DNA of 64,000 bases, from the NCBI GenBank assembly GCA_031406575.1, contig JANOHP010000015.1, positions 25,205 to 89,204 of the forward strand. The letters run 5' to 3'. The notes under the pieces were generated by a model that did no database searches, was not told where the DNA came from, and worked only from the letters and a program-made list of their open reading frames with translations. This DNA is from Hyphomicrobiales bacterium. GTDB lineage: Bacteria > Pseudomonadota > Alphaproteobacteria > Rhizobiales > Hyphomicrobiaceae. Positions 34,356-44,470 of the stretch are shown in pieces. The first letter of the stretch is position 1, and each line of letters opens with the position of its first letter. A program made the position numbers and the translations under genes.

Positions 34356-35570
34356 ATGCGTTCTAAAGAGTTGAATCTGTTGCGCGGCGCGCTGCTCGGT
34401 GCGGTGCTGGGGGCGTCGGCGCTCACCCCTGCTACAGCGCAGGACACGATTAAAGTCGGCGAGCTGAACAGCTACAAAGCGATCCCGGCGTTCCTGGAAC
34501 CCTACAAGAAGGGCTGGGAACTAGCCGTCGAAGAGATCAACAAGGCGGGCGGCATCAATGGCCGCAAGCTCGAGGTCGTCTCGCGCGACGACAATGCGAC
34601 GCCGGGCGAAGCGGTGCGGGTGGCAGAAGAGCTGGTATCGCGCGAGAACGTGGTGCTGCTGACCGGCGGATTCCTGTCGCACGTCGGCCTCGCCATTTCG
34701 GATTTCGCCAAGCAGCGCAAAATGCTGTTCGTGGCAGCCGAGCCCCTGACGGACAAGCTGGTCTGGGACAACGGGCATCGCTACACGTTCCGCCTGCGCG
34801 CCTCGACCTACATGCAGACCTCGATGCTGGTCGAGGATGCGGTGAAGCTCAACAAGAAGCGCTGGGCCATCGTTTATCCCAATTACGAGTATGGCCAGTC
34901 GGCAGTCGCGTCGTTCAAGAAGCTGATGAGCGAAAAGCAGCCGGGTGTCGAATTCGTCGGCGAGCAGGCGCCCGCGCTGGGCAAGATCGAAGCGGGGGCG
35001 GTGGCACAAGCGATCGCCGACATGAAGCCCGATGCGATCTTCAACGTCACCTTCGGTCCCGATCTGCAGAAGTTCGTGCGGGAAGGTACGACGCGCGGCG
35101 TGTTCAAGGATGTCGCCGTCTTCTCGCTGCTGGGCGGAGAACCCGAATATCTCGATCCGTTGAAAGAGGAAGCTCCCGTCGGCTGGTACGTGACGGGCTA
35201 TCCCTGGGATCAGATCACGACGCCCGAGCACAAGGCGTTCCTGGACGCCTATCGCGCCAAGTGGAACGACTACCCGCGACTGGGTTCCGTGGTGGGCTAT
35301 GCGGCGCTGCAGTCGATCGCGGCCATGCTGAAGAAAGCCGGGTCGACCGATACGGAGAAGATGGTCGATGCGATGAAGGGTCTCTCGCACGCGACTCCGT
35401 TCGGTCCGATCACCTATCGTGCCTTCGATCACCAATCGACGATGGGCGCCTATGTCGGCCGCGTCGGCGTCAAGGATGGCCGTGGCGTCATGACCGACTG
35501 GCGTTACGAAGCCGGCGACAAGCATCTGCCACCCGAGGATGCGGTGAAGAAACTACGCCCCGCCGAGTGA
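34356..35570 (+). CDS. ABC transporter substrate-binding protein (LivK/branched-chain amino acid type)
   Basis: Signal peptide MRSKELNLLRGALLGAVLGASALTPATAQD followed by a type I periplasmic-binding fold. Start at ATG 34356 with GGAGAGGA upstream. Confidence 0.85.
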   Translation: MRSKELNLLRGALLGAVLGASALTPATAQDTIKVGELNSYKAIPAFLEPYKKGWELAVEEINKAGGINGRKLEVVSRDDNATPGEAVRVAEELVSRENVVLLTGGFLSHVGLAISDFAKQRKMLFVAAEPLTDKLVWDNGHRYTFRLRASTYMQTSMLVEDAVKLNKKRWAIVYPNYEYGQSAVASFKKLMSEKQPGVEFVGEQAPALGKIEAGAVAQAIADMKPDAIFNVTFGPDLQKFVREGTTRGVFKDVAVFSLLGGEPEYLDPLKEEAPVGWYVTGYPWDQITTPEHKAFLDAYRAKWNDYPRLGSVVGYAALQSIAAMLKKAGSTDTEKMVDAMKGLSHATPFGPITYRAFDHQSTMGAYVGRVGVKDGRGVMTDWRYEAGDKHLPPEDAVKKLRPAE

Positions 35571-35592
35571 GTGAGATGGGTGGCTGGGTGGG

Positions 35593-35985
35593 ATCGTACG
35601 GATCTTCTTGAACAGGTGGTTCGCACGGTTCGCTCGTCGTGAGCGGCTTACGACGGCTCAGCTGTGCGAGGCCATCGACAGGGCGTCGCGCGGCTTGATC
35701 GATGCCGATCTCGGAGGCGGCGTCATCAAGCAGTGAGTGGCCCGAACCGGCCAGGGAAGGTCGGGAGGTTATCGGGTTGTCATCGTGTGCAGAATTGCGG
35801 ACCGCGCCGTCTTCTTTCGTGGGTTTGCCAAGAACGAGCGAGACACCTTAGGGGTCGACGAGTTTCGTGTTATCAAGGACGTCGCTAAAGACCTGTGGGC
35901 ATTGACGCAAGATGAACTGGATCGTCTGGTGGCAGCGAACGAATTCACGGAATTGAACTGCGATGGGCAAGCGGTACAAGAGTGA
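35593..35985 (+). pseudogene. RelE-superfamily toxin of HigB2/COG4737-like type, disrupted by an in-frame TGA and lacking a canonical start
   Basis: The frame reads (I)VRIFLNRWFARFARRERLTTAQLCEAIDRASRGLIDADLGGGVIKQ*VARTGQGRSGGYRVVIVCRIADRAVFFRGFAKNERDTL...; the stop is at 35734-35736. Only ATC, CTG or TTG are available as starts. The track lists just the C-terminal 82-aa piece (35737..35985). Confidence 0.65.
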
Positions 35986-35989
35986 CACG

Positions 35990-36250
35990 ATGGAGGCACT
36001 GCATGGGACCATGCAGAGCCTCAAATCCGTTGGCGCCATCGATGCCAAGCGCTTGGCCGAATTCGACGAGGCGTGCCTCGTACCGCTGTACCACGTGTAT
36101 AAAGATCGCAGAGGAGAGTGGCGGTGGCGCCTCGTCAGCGGCGGCGGTAAAATCATTGCCAGTAGCGGCGAAGGCTACGAGAGCCGGAAAGCTTGCGTCG
36201 CGGCGATTGCCATCTTGAAACTTGCGGCCGATGCTGAGATTGCCGCTTGA
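35990..36250 (+). CDS. chimeric small protein: antitoxin-like N-terminus fused to a DUF1508 (YegP-like) domain
   Basis: MEALHGTMQSLKSVGAIDAKRLAEFDEACLVP resembles the N-terminus of HigA2-type antitoxins. It continues as LYHVYKDRRGEWRWRLVSGGGKIIASSGEGYESRKACVAAIAILK, the DUF1508 pattern, and no HTH is present. ATG 35963 is an alternative start. Confidence 0.5.
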   Translation: MEALHGTMQSLKSVGAIDAKRLAEFDEACLVPLYHVYKDRRGEWRWRLVSGGGKIIASSGEGYESRKACVAAIAILKLAADAEIAA

Positions 36251-36309
36251 ACGGACATCACGACCCGCATGGTGATCGCCGATCAACCGCCCGGTGAGCA
36301 AAGGCTGAC

Positions 36310-38193
36310 ATGCTCGCCTCCTTCCTGATCCAGACGCTGAACGGCTTGGCCAGTGCGTCGCTGCTGTTTCTGGTGGCGCTCGGGTTGACGTTGATTTTCG
36401 GTGTTACACGCGTCGTCAATTTTGCGCACGGCTCGTTCACGATGCTGGGCGCGTTTATTGCAGCCACGCTCTATGCGCGGATGGGCGGCGGCGTGCTCGG
36501 GTTTTGGGGCGGCGCGCTGCTGGCTGCCCTCATCGTCGCCCTGATCGGCGTGGTGGTCGAACTCGTCATTCTGCGGCGCATCTACGCGGCGCCTGAGCTT
36601 TTGCAACTGACGGCGACGTTCGGCGTCGTGCTGGTCATCAAAGATGCGGCCCTGTGGCTGTGGGGGCCGGAGGATATTCTGGGTCCGCGCGCGCCGGGAT
36701 TGCGCGGCGCGGTATTCATCTTCGGAAAGCCCATTCCAGACTACGATCTGCTGCTGATTGTGCTGGGCCCGGTGTTCCTGGGGCTCATCACGCTGCTGTT
36801 GCGGCGCACCGATTGGGGCACTCGCGTCCGCGCCGCGACCGAAGACCGCGACATGGCGGCCGCGCTGGGTGTGAACCAAGCGCTGATGTTCACCAGTGTA
36901 TTTGCGCTCGGTTCGTTTCTCGCGGGGCTGGCGGGTGCGTTGGCGTTGCCGCGTGAGCCGGCAAATCTCGGCATCGACCTGTCGATCATCGCCGATGTGT
37001 TCGTTGTCACAGTGGTGGGTGGATTGGGCAGCATTTCGGGGGCCTATATCGCGGCCGTCTTGGTGTGCGTGGTCAAGGCCTGGTGCATCGGGATTGGCGA
37101 GGCGACGGTCTTCGGGTTCACGGTGTCGTTCACGCAGTTGACGATTGTCGTCGAATTCATCGTCATGGCGGTTGTGCTGGTGATCCGACCGTGGGGGCTG
37201 CTCGGCACGAAACCGGCACCGCAGCGCATAGCCGCCGTGCACCTGCTGCCGATGCCGCCGCCGGGACAGAGCGCGGTGCTGATGACCGGCGCGCTCGTCG
37301 TGATGATGGGATTGGCTCCGCTCGTTGCGGATCGGTTCGCGCTGGTGTTGGCGACGGACATTCTGACTTTCGCGCTGTTTGCGGGCAGCCTCGGTCTGCT
37401 GATGGGGCCGGGTGGCATCACGTCGTTCGGGCACGCGGCGTATCTGGGGGGCGGCGCCTATGCGGCGGCGATTGCGGCGAAGGCCGGCGCGCCTCTCGTC
37501 GTCGCCATCGCAGCGGGGATGTCGTTTGCCGCCGTGTTGGCGATGTTGTTTGGGTATTTCGCGGTGCGTTCCGCCGGTGTGTCGCTCGCCATGTTGACGT
37601 TGGCCTTCGCGCAGATCGTGTGGGCCATCGCGTTCCAATGGAACAGCGTAACCGGCGGTAGCAACGGGCTCGTCGGCGTTTGGCCACCAGCAGCGCTGGC
37701 GTCGAAGTCCACCTATTATCTGTTCACGTTGGCCGTGGTTGCGGCCGCGTTGCTTTTTGCGTGGCGCGTGGTGCACACGCCGTTCGGGTATCTGCTGCGG
37801 GCGGCACGTGACTCGCCCGTGCGCGCGGAATCGTTGGGCATCGATGTGCGGCGCACGCAGTGGTCGGCGTTCGTGCTGGCGGGTGCGCTGGCGGGCATTG
37901 CGGGGGCGCTCACCGTGTTCTCGAAGGGATCGCTGTCGCCGGACGTGGCGTCGATCCCGCGCTCGGTCGATGCGCTCGTCATGGTGCTGCTCGGCGGCCT
38001 CAACACGATTGCCGGTGCGGTGGTAGGCGCGGCCGTATTGACGCTGCTGGCCGACACGATCACGCGCTCGATCGTGTACTGGCAGGCCGTGCTGGGGCTG
38101 TCAATCATCGCGCTGTGCGTGCTGTTTCCCAATGGGATCGTCGGGACTCTGCGACGGCGGCTGGAGCACTTCACCTCCGGTGGCGCGCCGTGA
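36310..38193 (+). CDS. fused branched-chain amino acid ABC permease (LivH-LivM in one 627-aa polypeptide)
   Basis: The N-terminal half, MLASFLIQTLNGLASASLLFLVALGLTLIFGV, is LivH-like. The C-terminal half is LivM-like. Hydrophobic throughout. Confidence 0.85.
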   Translation: MLASFLIQTLNGLASASLLFLVALGLTLIFGVTRVVNFAHGSFTMLGAFIAATLYARMGGGVLGFWGGALLAALIVALIGVVVELVILRRIYAAPELLQLTATFGVVLVIKDAALWLWGPEDILGPRAPGLRGAVFIFGKPIPDYDLLLIVLGPVFLGLITLLLRRTDWGTRVRAATEDRDMAAALGVNQALMFTSVFALGSFLAGLAGALALPREPANLGIDLSIIADVFVVTVVGGLGSISGAYIAAVLVCVVKAWCIGIGEATVFGFTVSFTQLTIVVEFIVMAVVLVIRPWGLLGTKPAPQRIAAVHLLPMPPPGQSAVLMTGALVVMMGLAPLVADRFALVLATDILTFALFAGSLGLLMGPGGITSFGHAAYLGGGAYAAAIAAKAGAPLVVAIAAGMSFAAVLAMLFGYFAVRSAGVSLAMLTLAFAQIVWAIAFQWNSVTGGSNGLVGVWPPAALASKSTYYLFTLAVVAAALLFAWRVVHTPFGYLLRAARDSPVRAESLGIDVRRTQWSAFVLAGALAGIAGALTVFSKGSLSPDVASIPRSVDALVMVLLGGLNTIAGAVVGAAVLTLLADTITRSIVYWQAVLGLSIIALCVLFPNGIVGTLRRRLEHFTSGGAP

Positions 38194-38966
38194 GCCCGCC
38201 CGTTCTCGCCGTCGAGGCTATCGCCAAATCGTTCGACGGGTTTCCTGCCCTGGTGGCGGCGTCGTTCAATGTCGCGGCGGGTGAGCTGGTCGCGCTCATC
38301 GGTCCCAATGGTGCGGGTAAAACCACGACGTTCAACGTCGTCAACGGCCAGCTCGCGCCGGACCGGGGCCAGGTGCGGCTCGATGGGGCCGACGTGACGG
38401 GGCTGGTTCCGCGCGCGCTGTGGCGTCTGGGCGTCGGTCGCACCTTCCAGATCACGGCGACGTTCGCCTCGATGACAGTCGTAGAGAACGTCGCCATCGC
38501 GCTGATGTCGCGCGAGCGAGCGTGGTCGCTCTGGCGCAGTGCAGCGCGCTTTCGCGAAGAGGAGGCAATGGCCTTGCTCGACGAGGTGGGCATGGCGGTG
38601 GCGGCGCAGCGCACCTGCGGGTTGCTCGCCTATGGCGATCTCAAGCGCGTCGAACTGGCGCTCGCACTCGCCAACCGGCCGCGCCTGCTGCTGCTCGACG
38701 AACCGACGGCGGGCATGGCGCCGACCGAACGGCGCGCATTGATGGCGCTCGTTGCCCGCATTGCCCGCGACCGGCAGACGGCGGTGCTGTTCACCGAGCA
38801 CGACATGGACGTGGTGTTTGGCCATGCCACGCGCGTGCTGGTGATGAACCGCGGCGAAATCATCGCATCGGGCAGCGCGGATGACGTGCGCGCCGACCCG
38901 CGCGTGCGCGAGGTTTATCTCGGGCACGGGCTGCCCCCGGCGGGTCACAAGCGGCAGGGGAGCTGA
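38190..38966 (+). CDS. ABC transporter ATP-binding protein (LivG-like)
   Basis: The GTG at 38190 overlaps the permease stop (GTGA). Walker A GPNGAGKTT, signature LAYGDLKRVEL and Walker B LLLLDEP are present. Confidence 0.85.
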   Translation: MSPPVLAVEAIAKSFDGFPALVAASFNVAAGELVALIGPNGAGKTTTFNVVNGQLAPDRGQVRLDGADVTGLVPRALWRLGVGRTFQITATFASMTVVENVAIALMSRERAWSLWRSAARFREEEAMALLDEVGMAVAAQRTCGLLAYGDLKRVELALALANRPRLLLLDEPTAGMAPTERRALMALVARIARDRQTAVLFTEHDMDVVFGHATRVLVMNRGEIIASGSADDVRADPRVREVYLGHGLPPAGHKRQGS

Positions 38967-38971
38967 CATTG

Positions 38972-39676
38972 ATGCCGCTTCTCGACATCTCCGCCCTCGA
39001 CGCCTGGTATGGCCGCGCGCAGGTGCTCTATGGGGTTTCGCTGACGGTCGAACCGGGTGAGGCCGTCGTGCTGCTCGGCCGCAACGGTGCCGGAAAATCC
39101 ACGACGTTGAAGGCCGTCATGGGCCTCGAGGTCGAGCGGCGCGGGGCGATTTCCTTCGATGGCGCGCGCATCGAAAACAACCCCACGCATCGCATCGCGC
39201 GGATGGGGCTCGGTTGGGTGCCGGAGGATCGGCGCGTGTTCGGTGGGCTGACGGTGCTCGAAAACTTGGCCGTCGGCCGGTTGCCGGCGCGGAATGCACG
39301 GGCCTGGACCGTGCCCGAATTGTTCGAACTGTTCCCCAACCTAGGCGCGATGCGGGATCGACTGGCCGCGCGCATGTCGGGAGGCGAACAGCAAATGCTG
39401 ACGCTGGCGCGCACGCTCATGGGCAATCCGCGCTGCATCCTGCTCGATGAGCCGTCGGAGGGGTTGGCGCCCGTCATCCTGGAAGGCATCGTCGCGGCGT
39501 TGGGCGAACTGCGGCGGCGCGGTGTGGGCCTACTGGTGTCGGAGCAGAACGTGCATGTCGCCCGCGCCATCGCCGACCGCGCTTATATTCTCGAGAGCGG
39601 CCATATCCGCTGGTCCGGCAGCATGGCCGACCTCGAACGCGATCCGGCATTGGTGGAGCAGTATCTGTCGGTGTAA
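38972..39676 (+). CDS. ABC transporter ATP-binding protein (LivF-like)
   Basis: GRNGAGKSTT, MSGGEQQML, ILLDEPSEGLAP. Confidence 0.85.
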   Translation: MPLLDISALDAWYGRAQVLYGVSLTVEPGEAVVLLGRNGAGKSTTLKAVMGLEVERRGAISFDGARIENNPTHRIARMGLGWVPEDRRVFGGLTVLENLAVGRLPARNARAWTVPELFELFPNLGAMRDRLAARMSGGEQQMLTLARTLMGNPRCILLDEPSEGLAPVILEGIVAALGELRRRGVGLLVSEQNVHVARAIADRAYILESGHIRWSGSMADLERDPALVEQYLSV

Positions 39677-39703
39677 TCCGTCGCGGCGCGCGCCCGATCG
39701 CCC

Positions 39704-41899
39704 TCACCGTCGATCGCTGCGGCGCATGAGATCGTCCTCGAGGCGGAGCGCGTTGGGCTCGTCGAGGCGGGCGCGGTAAATCTGGACGTTCGACAGTACT
39801 TTCTTGACGTACTCGCGCGTCTCCTCGATGGGAATGCGCTCGATCCAATCGATGGGGTCGACGTTGGCCTCGCGAGGATCGCCCAGTTCGCGAATCCATT
39901 GGCGCGCGCGGCCAGGACCGGCGTTGTAGGCAACGAGGCCCAGCACGTAACTGCCGCGCAACGCCGCCATCCGGTCACCGATGTAAGCACTGGAGATGGT
40001 GGCGTTGTATGAATTGTCGGTGAGGAGACGCGGCAGATCGCATTTGATCTTGTAATCGCGGCAGATGTGCTGCGCCGTGATGGGCATGACTTGCAAAAGC
40101 CCGCGCGCGCCAGCACTCGAGACGATGGTGTGGTTGAACTCCGTCTCCTGGCGGGCAATTGCCAGCAGCATGGCTTTTTCGGGCGGATCGCGCAGCGGCG
40201 TGTAAGCGGGAAACGGGTGCACGGGATACGCGTAGGCGATGAGGTTCATGCCGCGCGCGATGCCTGTTTTACCGACGCGCAGCGATGTCTGCACATCACC
40301 CAGTGCAGCTGCCAGATGGGCGAGCATCGCGACGTCGGCTTCCGTTTCAAGATGGCCGCGCAGGTGCGCGAACAGGGCGACACGAATGTTGCGGTCGAGA
40401 CCGGCTTTGGTCGCGATCACCGCCGCGCGCACGCTATCGAGTTCGACGAAGCGGCGGACTTGCTCGGCGGTCGGCATCGCGGGTGGGCCGATGCGAAGGT
40501 CGAGGGAACGTCCGCCCGACAGTTTCTGGCGCGCGAGTTGGCCGTGGAAGGAATCGACGATTTTGGCTGCGTCGTCGTAGCGCTTTTTCGCCTCCACGTT
40601 CCGCTCGAGGGCGTCCAGCGCGCGGCCCGTCCAGTATTCGCCGCGGGCCTTGCTCAAAGGGCCATCTGCCGATGTGCGCGAGGCTTCGAGATGGGGCAGC
40701 GCAGCGTGAGGATTTTTCAACAGGCGCAGCGCGATCCATCCGGCCATGAACGCCTGGTCTTTTGCGGGATTGACGCTCAGGCCGGTTCCGTCGGCGACAA
40801 GGGCGTAGGCAGCTTCGTTCTTGCCTAGGCGCAGCGCATCGTAGGTGGCACTGCGGCGCTCTTCCCACCATTCGTCGGGGTTGACGAGGAGAGCTGCATC
40901 GCGCGGGGCAGTCGACAACAGTTTCCAGGCCGCCTCATCCTGGTTGGTGCGCCGCATGTGCTGGGCGCGCTGAAACGCCAAACCCCAATCGGTTTTGCCA
41001 TCCGCAGGGGCTGGCACCTTGGCAAGTAGTGCGGCTGCATTCTTGGCGCGCAGGTAGATGGCCAGTCGCGCCTCTGCCGTTTTGCGGTCGGATTCGCTGA
41101 GCAGAGGCACCACACGCGCCGCCGTCGTGGCGCGCTGCGTGCGATCACTGGCCGAACGCGAGACGTCGACCAGCAGCCGGTCGAAGCGGCGCTTATGATC
41201 AACGGTCGAGAGGAAACTGCCGAACCGCTCGAGAAACCCCTTCTCGAAGGTCGCGGGCAACTCGTGGGAGCGCCAAGCTTCACCAGCCAAGCGTTTCGCC
41301 TCGGCCTGGTTGCCGTCTGCCAGAAACGCCGAGGCCAGGGCTGCGTAACCGGCGCCAGAGCGCGGCTCGGCCCCGTTGAAAAAGGCTTTGATGCGCTGTG
41401 TCGAGCCGCCCGTCGCCAGCAATTGATCCTCGGCGCGGCGATGCATCAGGTTGCGTTCGGGCCACGCAGGATTGGCCTCGACGAAGCGTGTGATGTCCTG
41501 CGCTTCACCGACGCCCGCCCGGTAGGCCAACCAATCCGCAAGCTTGCGCGCGGCGGGATCGGTGATTTGGGCGCGCAAGGCGCGGGCACCGTTCTGGTCC
41601 TTCGTGCCCGTGAGTCGGATGGCGTCCAGCAATCTTTGGACGTCGACTGGATCGGGTGTGAGGCCCAGGACAGGCGCGATCAGTTCGTCCAGGCGCGCCT
41701 TGTAGCGTTGCTCAGAAGTTGCGGCCGCTGAGGGGGCGGCGGTCGACACTGCAGAGGTGCTTTTGACCGGTTCGGGCGACGCCGCACGGGCGATATCCGC
41801 CGCCGTGAGCCCGAAAAGGACCGCCAGCGCCGCTGTTGCCGAAACGACACCGCGGCTGAGCAGGGCGAGGGGGACGATCAAGCGTCCAGACCTTTCCAT
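39704..41899 (-). CDS. soluble lytic murein transglycosylase (Slt70-like)
   Basis: N-terminal signal-like segment, a long helical superhelix-like region, and a C-terminal SLT domain ARQETEFNHTIVSSAGARGLLQVMP...AYNAGPGR. Confidence 0.85.
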   Translation of the reverse strand: MERSGRLIVPLALLSRGVVSATAALAVLFGLTAADIARAASPEPVKSTSAVSTAAPSAAATSEQRYKARLDELIAPVLGLTPDPVDVQRLLDAIRLTGTKDQNGARALRAQITDPAARKLADWLAYRAGVGEAQDITRFVEANPAWPERNLMHRRAEDQLLATGGSTQRIKAFFNGAEPRSGAGYAALASAFLADGNQAEAKRLAGEAWRSHELPATFEKGFLERFGSFLSTVDHKRRFDRLLVDVSRSASDRTQRATTAARVVPLLSESDRKTAEARLAIYLRAKNAAALLAKVPAPADGKTDWGLAFQRAQHMRRTNQDEAAWKLLSTAPRDAALLVNPDEWWEERRSATYDALRLGKNEAAYALVADGTGLSVNPAKDQAFMAGWIALRLLKNPHAALPHLEASRTSADGPLSKARGEYWTGRALDALERNVEAKKRYDDAAKIVDSFHGQLARQKLSGGRSLDLRIGPPAMPTAEQVRRFVELDSVRAAVIATKAGLDRNIRVALFAHLRGHLETEADVAMLAHLAAALGDVQTSLRVGKTGIARGMNLIAYAYPVHPFPAYTPLRDPPEKAMLLAIARQETEFNHTIVSSAGARGLLQVMPITAQHICRDYKIKCDLPRLLTDNSYNATISSAYIGDRMAALRGSYVLGLVAYNAGPGRARQWIRELGDPREANVDPIDWIERIPIEETREYVKKVLSNVQIYRARLDEPNALRLEDDLMRRSDRR

Positions 41900-42088
41900 T
41901 GTGGAGCGTCACGCGGGCTGCGGCATCCGTCTTGCTGTTCGCTTGCCGAGCGCATAGACTCCGCCGAAGTGATGAGGGGAGGCGCGCGACCGTCGGCGCC
42001 TTCCGAGCGTTCAACGTAACAACCACGTCGGCGGGGTTCAAGGCGTCGTCGACCGATCGCCTGCACGTGCGATGCACAGGAGCAACCC

Positions 42089-42982
42089 ATGTTCAAAGGC
42101 TCGTTTCCTGCACTGATTACACCGATGCGGGGCGGAAAAGTCGACGAGAAGGCGTTCGTGCGCCTCGTCGAATGGCACATCGCAGAAGGTTCGCACGGCC
42201 TCGTTCCGGTCGGCACGACCGGTGAAGCGCCAACGTTGAGCCACGACGAGCACCGCCGCGTCGTCGAGTTGTGCGTGACCACCGCGAAAAAGCGCGTCCC
42301 GATCATCGCGGGCGCGGGCTCGAATTCGACCGCCGAGGCGATCGAGCTGACGAAGTTCGCCAAGTCGGCGGGCGCCGATGCGGCGCTGCACTCGACCGGC
42401 TACTACAACAAGCCGACGCAGGAAGGCCTTTACCTGCACTTCAAGGCGATCAGCGAAGCGGTCGATTTTCCGATCGTGGCTTACAATGTGCCGGGTCGCA
42501 CCGTTGCCGACATCCTGCCCGCTACACTGGCGCGGATCGCGACGCTGAAAAATGTCGTCGGGGTGAAAGACGCGTCGGCCAAGGTCGATCGCATGTCGCT
42601 GCATCGCATCATGATCAAGAAGCCGTTTTCCTATCTGTCGGGTGAGGACGGCACTGCGCTCGGCTTCAACGCCCACGGTGGCAACGGGTGCATTTCGGTG
42701 ACGGCCAACATCGCTCCGCGACTGTGTGCGGAGTTCCAGAATGCGACCTTGGAAGGCAACTGGAAACGTGCGCTCGAATTGCAGGACCTGCTGATCCCGT
42801 TGCACGATGGCCTGTTCGTCGAGACGAGCCCATCGCCGGTGAAATATGCGGCGTGGCGCCTCGGCCTCATCGAGAGCCCCGACACGCGTCTCCCGCTGGC
42901 TCCGCTCACCGACGCGACGAAGAAAATCGTCGATGCGGCCTTGACCCATGCGGGTCTCTTGAAGGCGAAAGCGGCGGAATAA
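42089..42982 (+). CDS. dapA: 4-hydroxy-tetrahydrodipicolinate synthase
   Basis: MFKGSFPALITPM...VPVGTTGEAPTLSHDEH...YNKPTQEGLYLHF...VGVKDAS. Confidence 0.92.
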   Translation: MFKGSFPALITPMRGGKVDEKAFVRLVEWHIAEGSHGLVPVGTTGEAPTLSHDEHRRVVELCVTTAKKRVPIIAGAGSNSTAEAIELTKFAKSAGADAALHSTGYYNKPTQEGLYLHFKAISEAVDFPIVAYNVPGRTVADILPATLARIATLKNVVGVKDASAKVDRMSLHRIMIKKPFSYLSGEDGTALGFNAHGGNGCISVTANIAPRLCAEFQNATLEGNWKRALELQDLLIPLHDGLFVETSPSPVKYAAWRLGLIESPDTRLPLAPLTDATKKIVDAALTHAGLLKAKAAE

Positions 42983-43071
42983 GCGGCGGCGCTGATCTGA
43001 AGGCGCAGTTGCAGCGTTTACCGCAGGCCTGACGGCAGCGTCGGGCCTGCTGGCATTATGAGGGTGCGGCC

Positions 43072-43557
43072 ATGGCCGAGAAGACCGACAACCACAAGGT
43101 CGTCGCCGAGAATCGCAAGGCGCGCTACGAATATCGCGTCGAGGACACGTGGGAAGCCGGCATCGTGCTGACCGGCACGGAAGTGAAGTCGCTGCGCACC
43201 GGCGAGGCCAATATCGCGGAAAGTTATGCGTCGGCCGAGAACGGCGGCATTTTCCTCGTCAACGCCCACATCCCCGAATACCGGCAGGCCGGCGCATTCT
43301 TCCAGCACGATCCGCGCCGGCCGCGCCGTCTGTTGCTGAAAGCGAGCGAGATCCACAAACTCAAGGTTGCGGTCGATCGGCAGGGCATGACGATCGTGCC
43401 GTTGCAGCTGTATTTCAATGCGCGCGGCATCGCCAAACTGCGCATCGCGCTGGCGCAAGGCAAAAAGCATTACGACAAGCGCGAAGACATCAAGAAGCGC
43501 GACTGGCAGCGCGATAAAGCGCGCCTGTTCCGGCAAGGCACGAAGGGCGGCGACTGA
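43072..43557 (+). CDS. smpB: SsrA-binding protein
   Basis: [32 protein letters not shown]...GKKHYDKRE. Confidence 0.92.
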   Translation: MAEKTDNHKVVAENRKARYEYRVEDTWEAGIVLTGTEVKSLRTGEANIAESYASAENGGIFLVNAHIPEYRQAGAFFQHDPRRPRRLLLKASEIHKLKVAVDRQGMTIVPLQLYFNARGIAKLRIALAQGKKHYDKREDIKKRDWQRDKARLFRQGTKGGD

Positions 43558-43585
43558 GCCGATTCACCCCGAGCAAGAATGCGTT

Positions 43586-44470
43586 CTAATCGAGCATGGG
43601 GTCGGCGACGCAATCATCATAAGCGGGAATGCGGCGGATGAAGCCGCCCGACTGCAGGCTGACGGCAAGACGGTCGAAACCGCGGCGCGACATGGGTGTA
43701 TCGTCTGCCCAAAGGTTGGCGGCTTTGTAGCGGGTGAGTGCGGCAACCAAGTCTTCGCGCGCGACGTTGGGGTAGTAAGAGGCGACAGCGTCCGCGAGTT
43801 CGGCGCCCGTGTGCGTGGCGAGCCAGGCCTGCATCGCGCGCGTGGCGCGGGCCATGGCGGAGAACGCGGCGCGGTTTTTCTCGACGCCCGCACGCAACGA
43901 CAGCAGCGTCGTATATGCGGTGTCGCCGCGCGCGCTGGCGGCATGCACGATGCCGCCGACACCCTGACGCACGGCCATCGCGGCGAACGGTTCGAACACC
44001 TGGATGACGTCGACGGTGCCGGCGGCAAGCGCCGCGAGGTTGTCGCCCATCGTACGGTCGGGGATGCGCTTCAAGGTCGACGGATCGAGGCCCAGATCGC
44101 GCAGATCGTGTTGCAGGCAGAGCCAGGGGGTCGGAACTTCGGAGACGGACGCAAAGCGCAGTTTCGGCAGGTCGGTGAGCTTGAATGCGGTGCCGGGTTT
44201 CGCGAGGAGATAGAACGGATCGCGGCGCACGACCTCGGCGAAGCAGACGTAATCGGGCCCGTTTTCGTCACGCGCTTTCATGACGCGCATCGGCCCGCCC
44301 CAGGTGACGTCGACGGTGCCGTCGAGCAGGCCGCCGGGACCGCCACCGGGCGCGCCGGACTCGACGAACGTAATGTCGAGACCTTCGCGCGCGTAACAGC
44401 CGAGCGCCATGGTGGCGTAGAACGGCGCATAGAAGACGGCGCGAAAATTCTCGGACAGCCGGATATTCAT
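43586..44470 (-). CDS. NMT1/THI5-like (ABC substrate-binding-fold) protein, no obvious signal peptide
   Basis: MNIRLSENFRAVFYAPFYATMALGCYAREGLDITFVES... Start at ATG 44470 with AGGAG upstream. Confidence 0.6.
   Translation of the reverse strand: MNIRLSENFRAVFYAPFYATMALGCYAREGLDITFVESGAPGGGPGGLLDGTVDVTWGGPMRVMKARDENGPDYVCFAEVVRRDPFYLLAKPGTAFKLTDLPKLRFASVSEVPTPWLCLQHDLRDLGLDPSTLKRIPDRTMGDNLAALAAGTVDVIQVFEPFAAMAVRQGVGGIVHAASARGDTAYTTLLSLRAGVEKNRAAFSAMARATRAMQAWLATHTGAELADAVASYYPNVAREDLVAALTRYKAANLWADDTPMSRRGFDRLAVSLQSGGFIRRIPAYDDCVADPMLD

Noticed and set aside
35734-35736. In-frame TGA in the HigB2-like toxin (and the TGA separating the hicB-like and 72-aa ORFs at 57727-57729) as programmed recoding or selenocysteine
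   Set aside because: There is no SECIS-like hairpin directly downstream. The toxin also lacks a proper start codon, which favours decay. For the hicB pair, sharing a frame has a one-in-three chance expectation.
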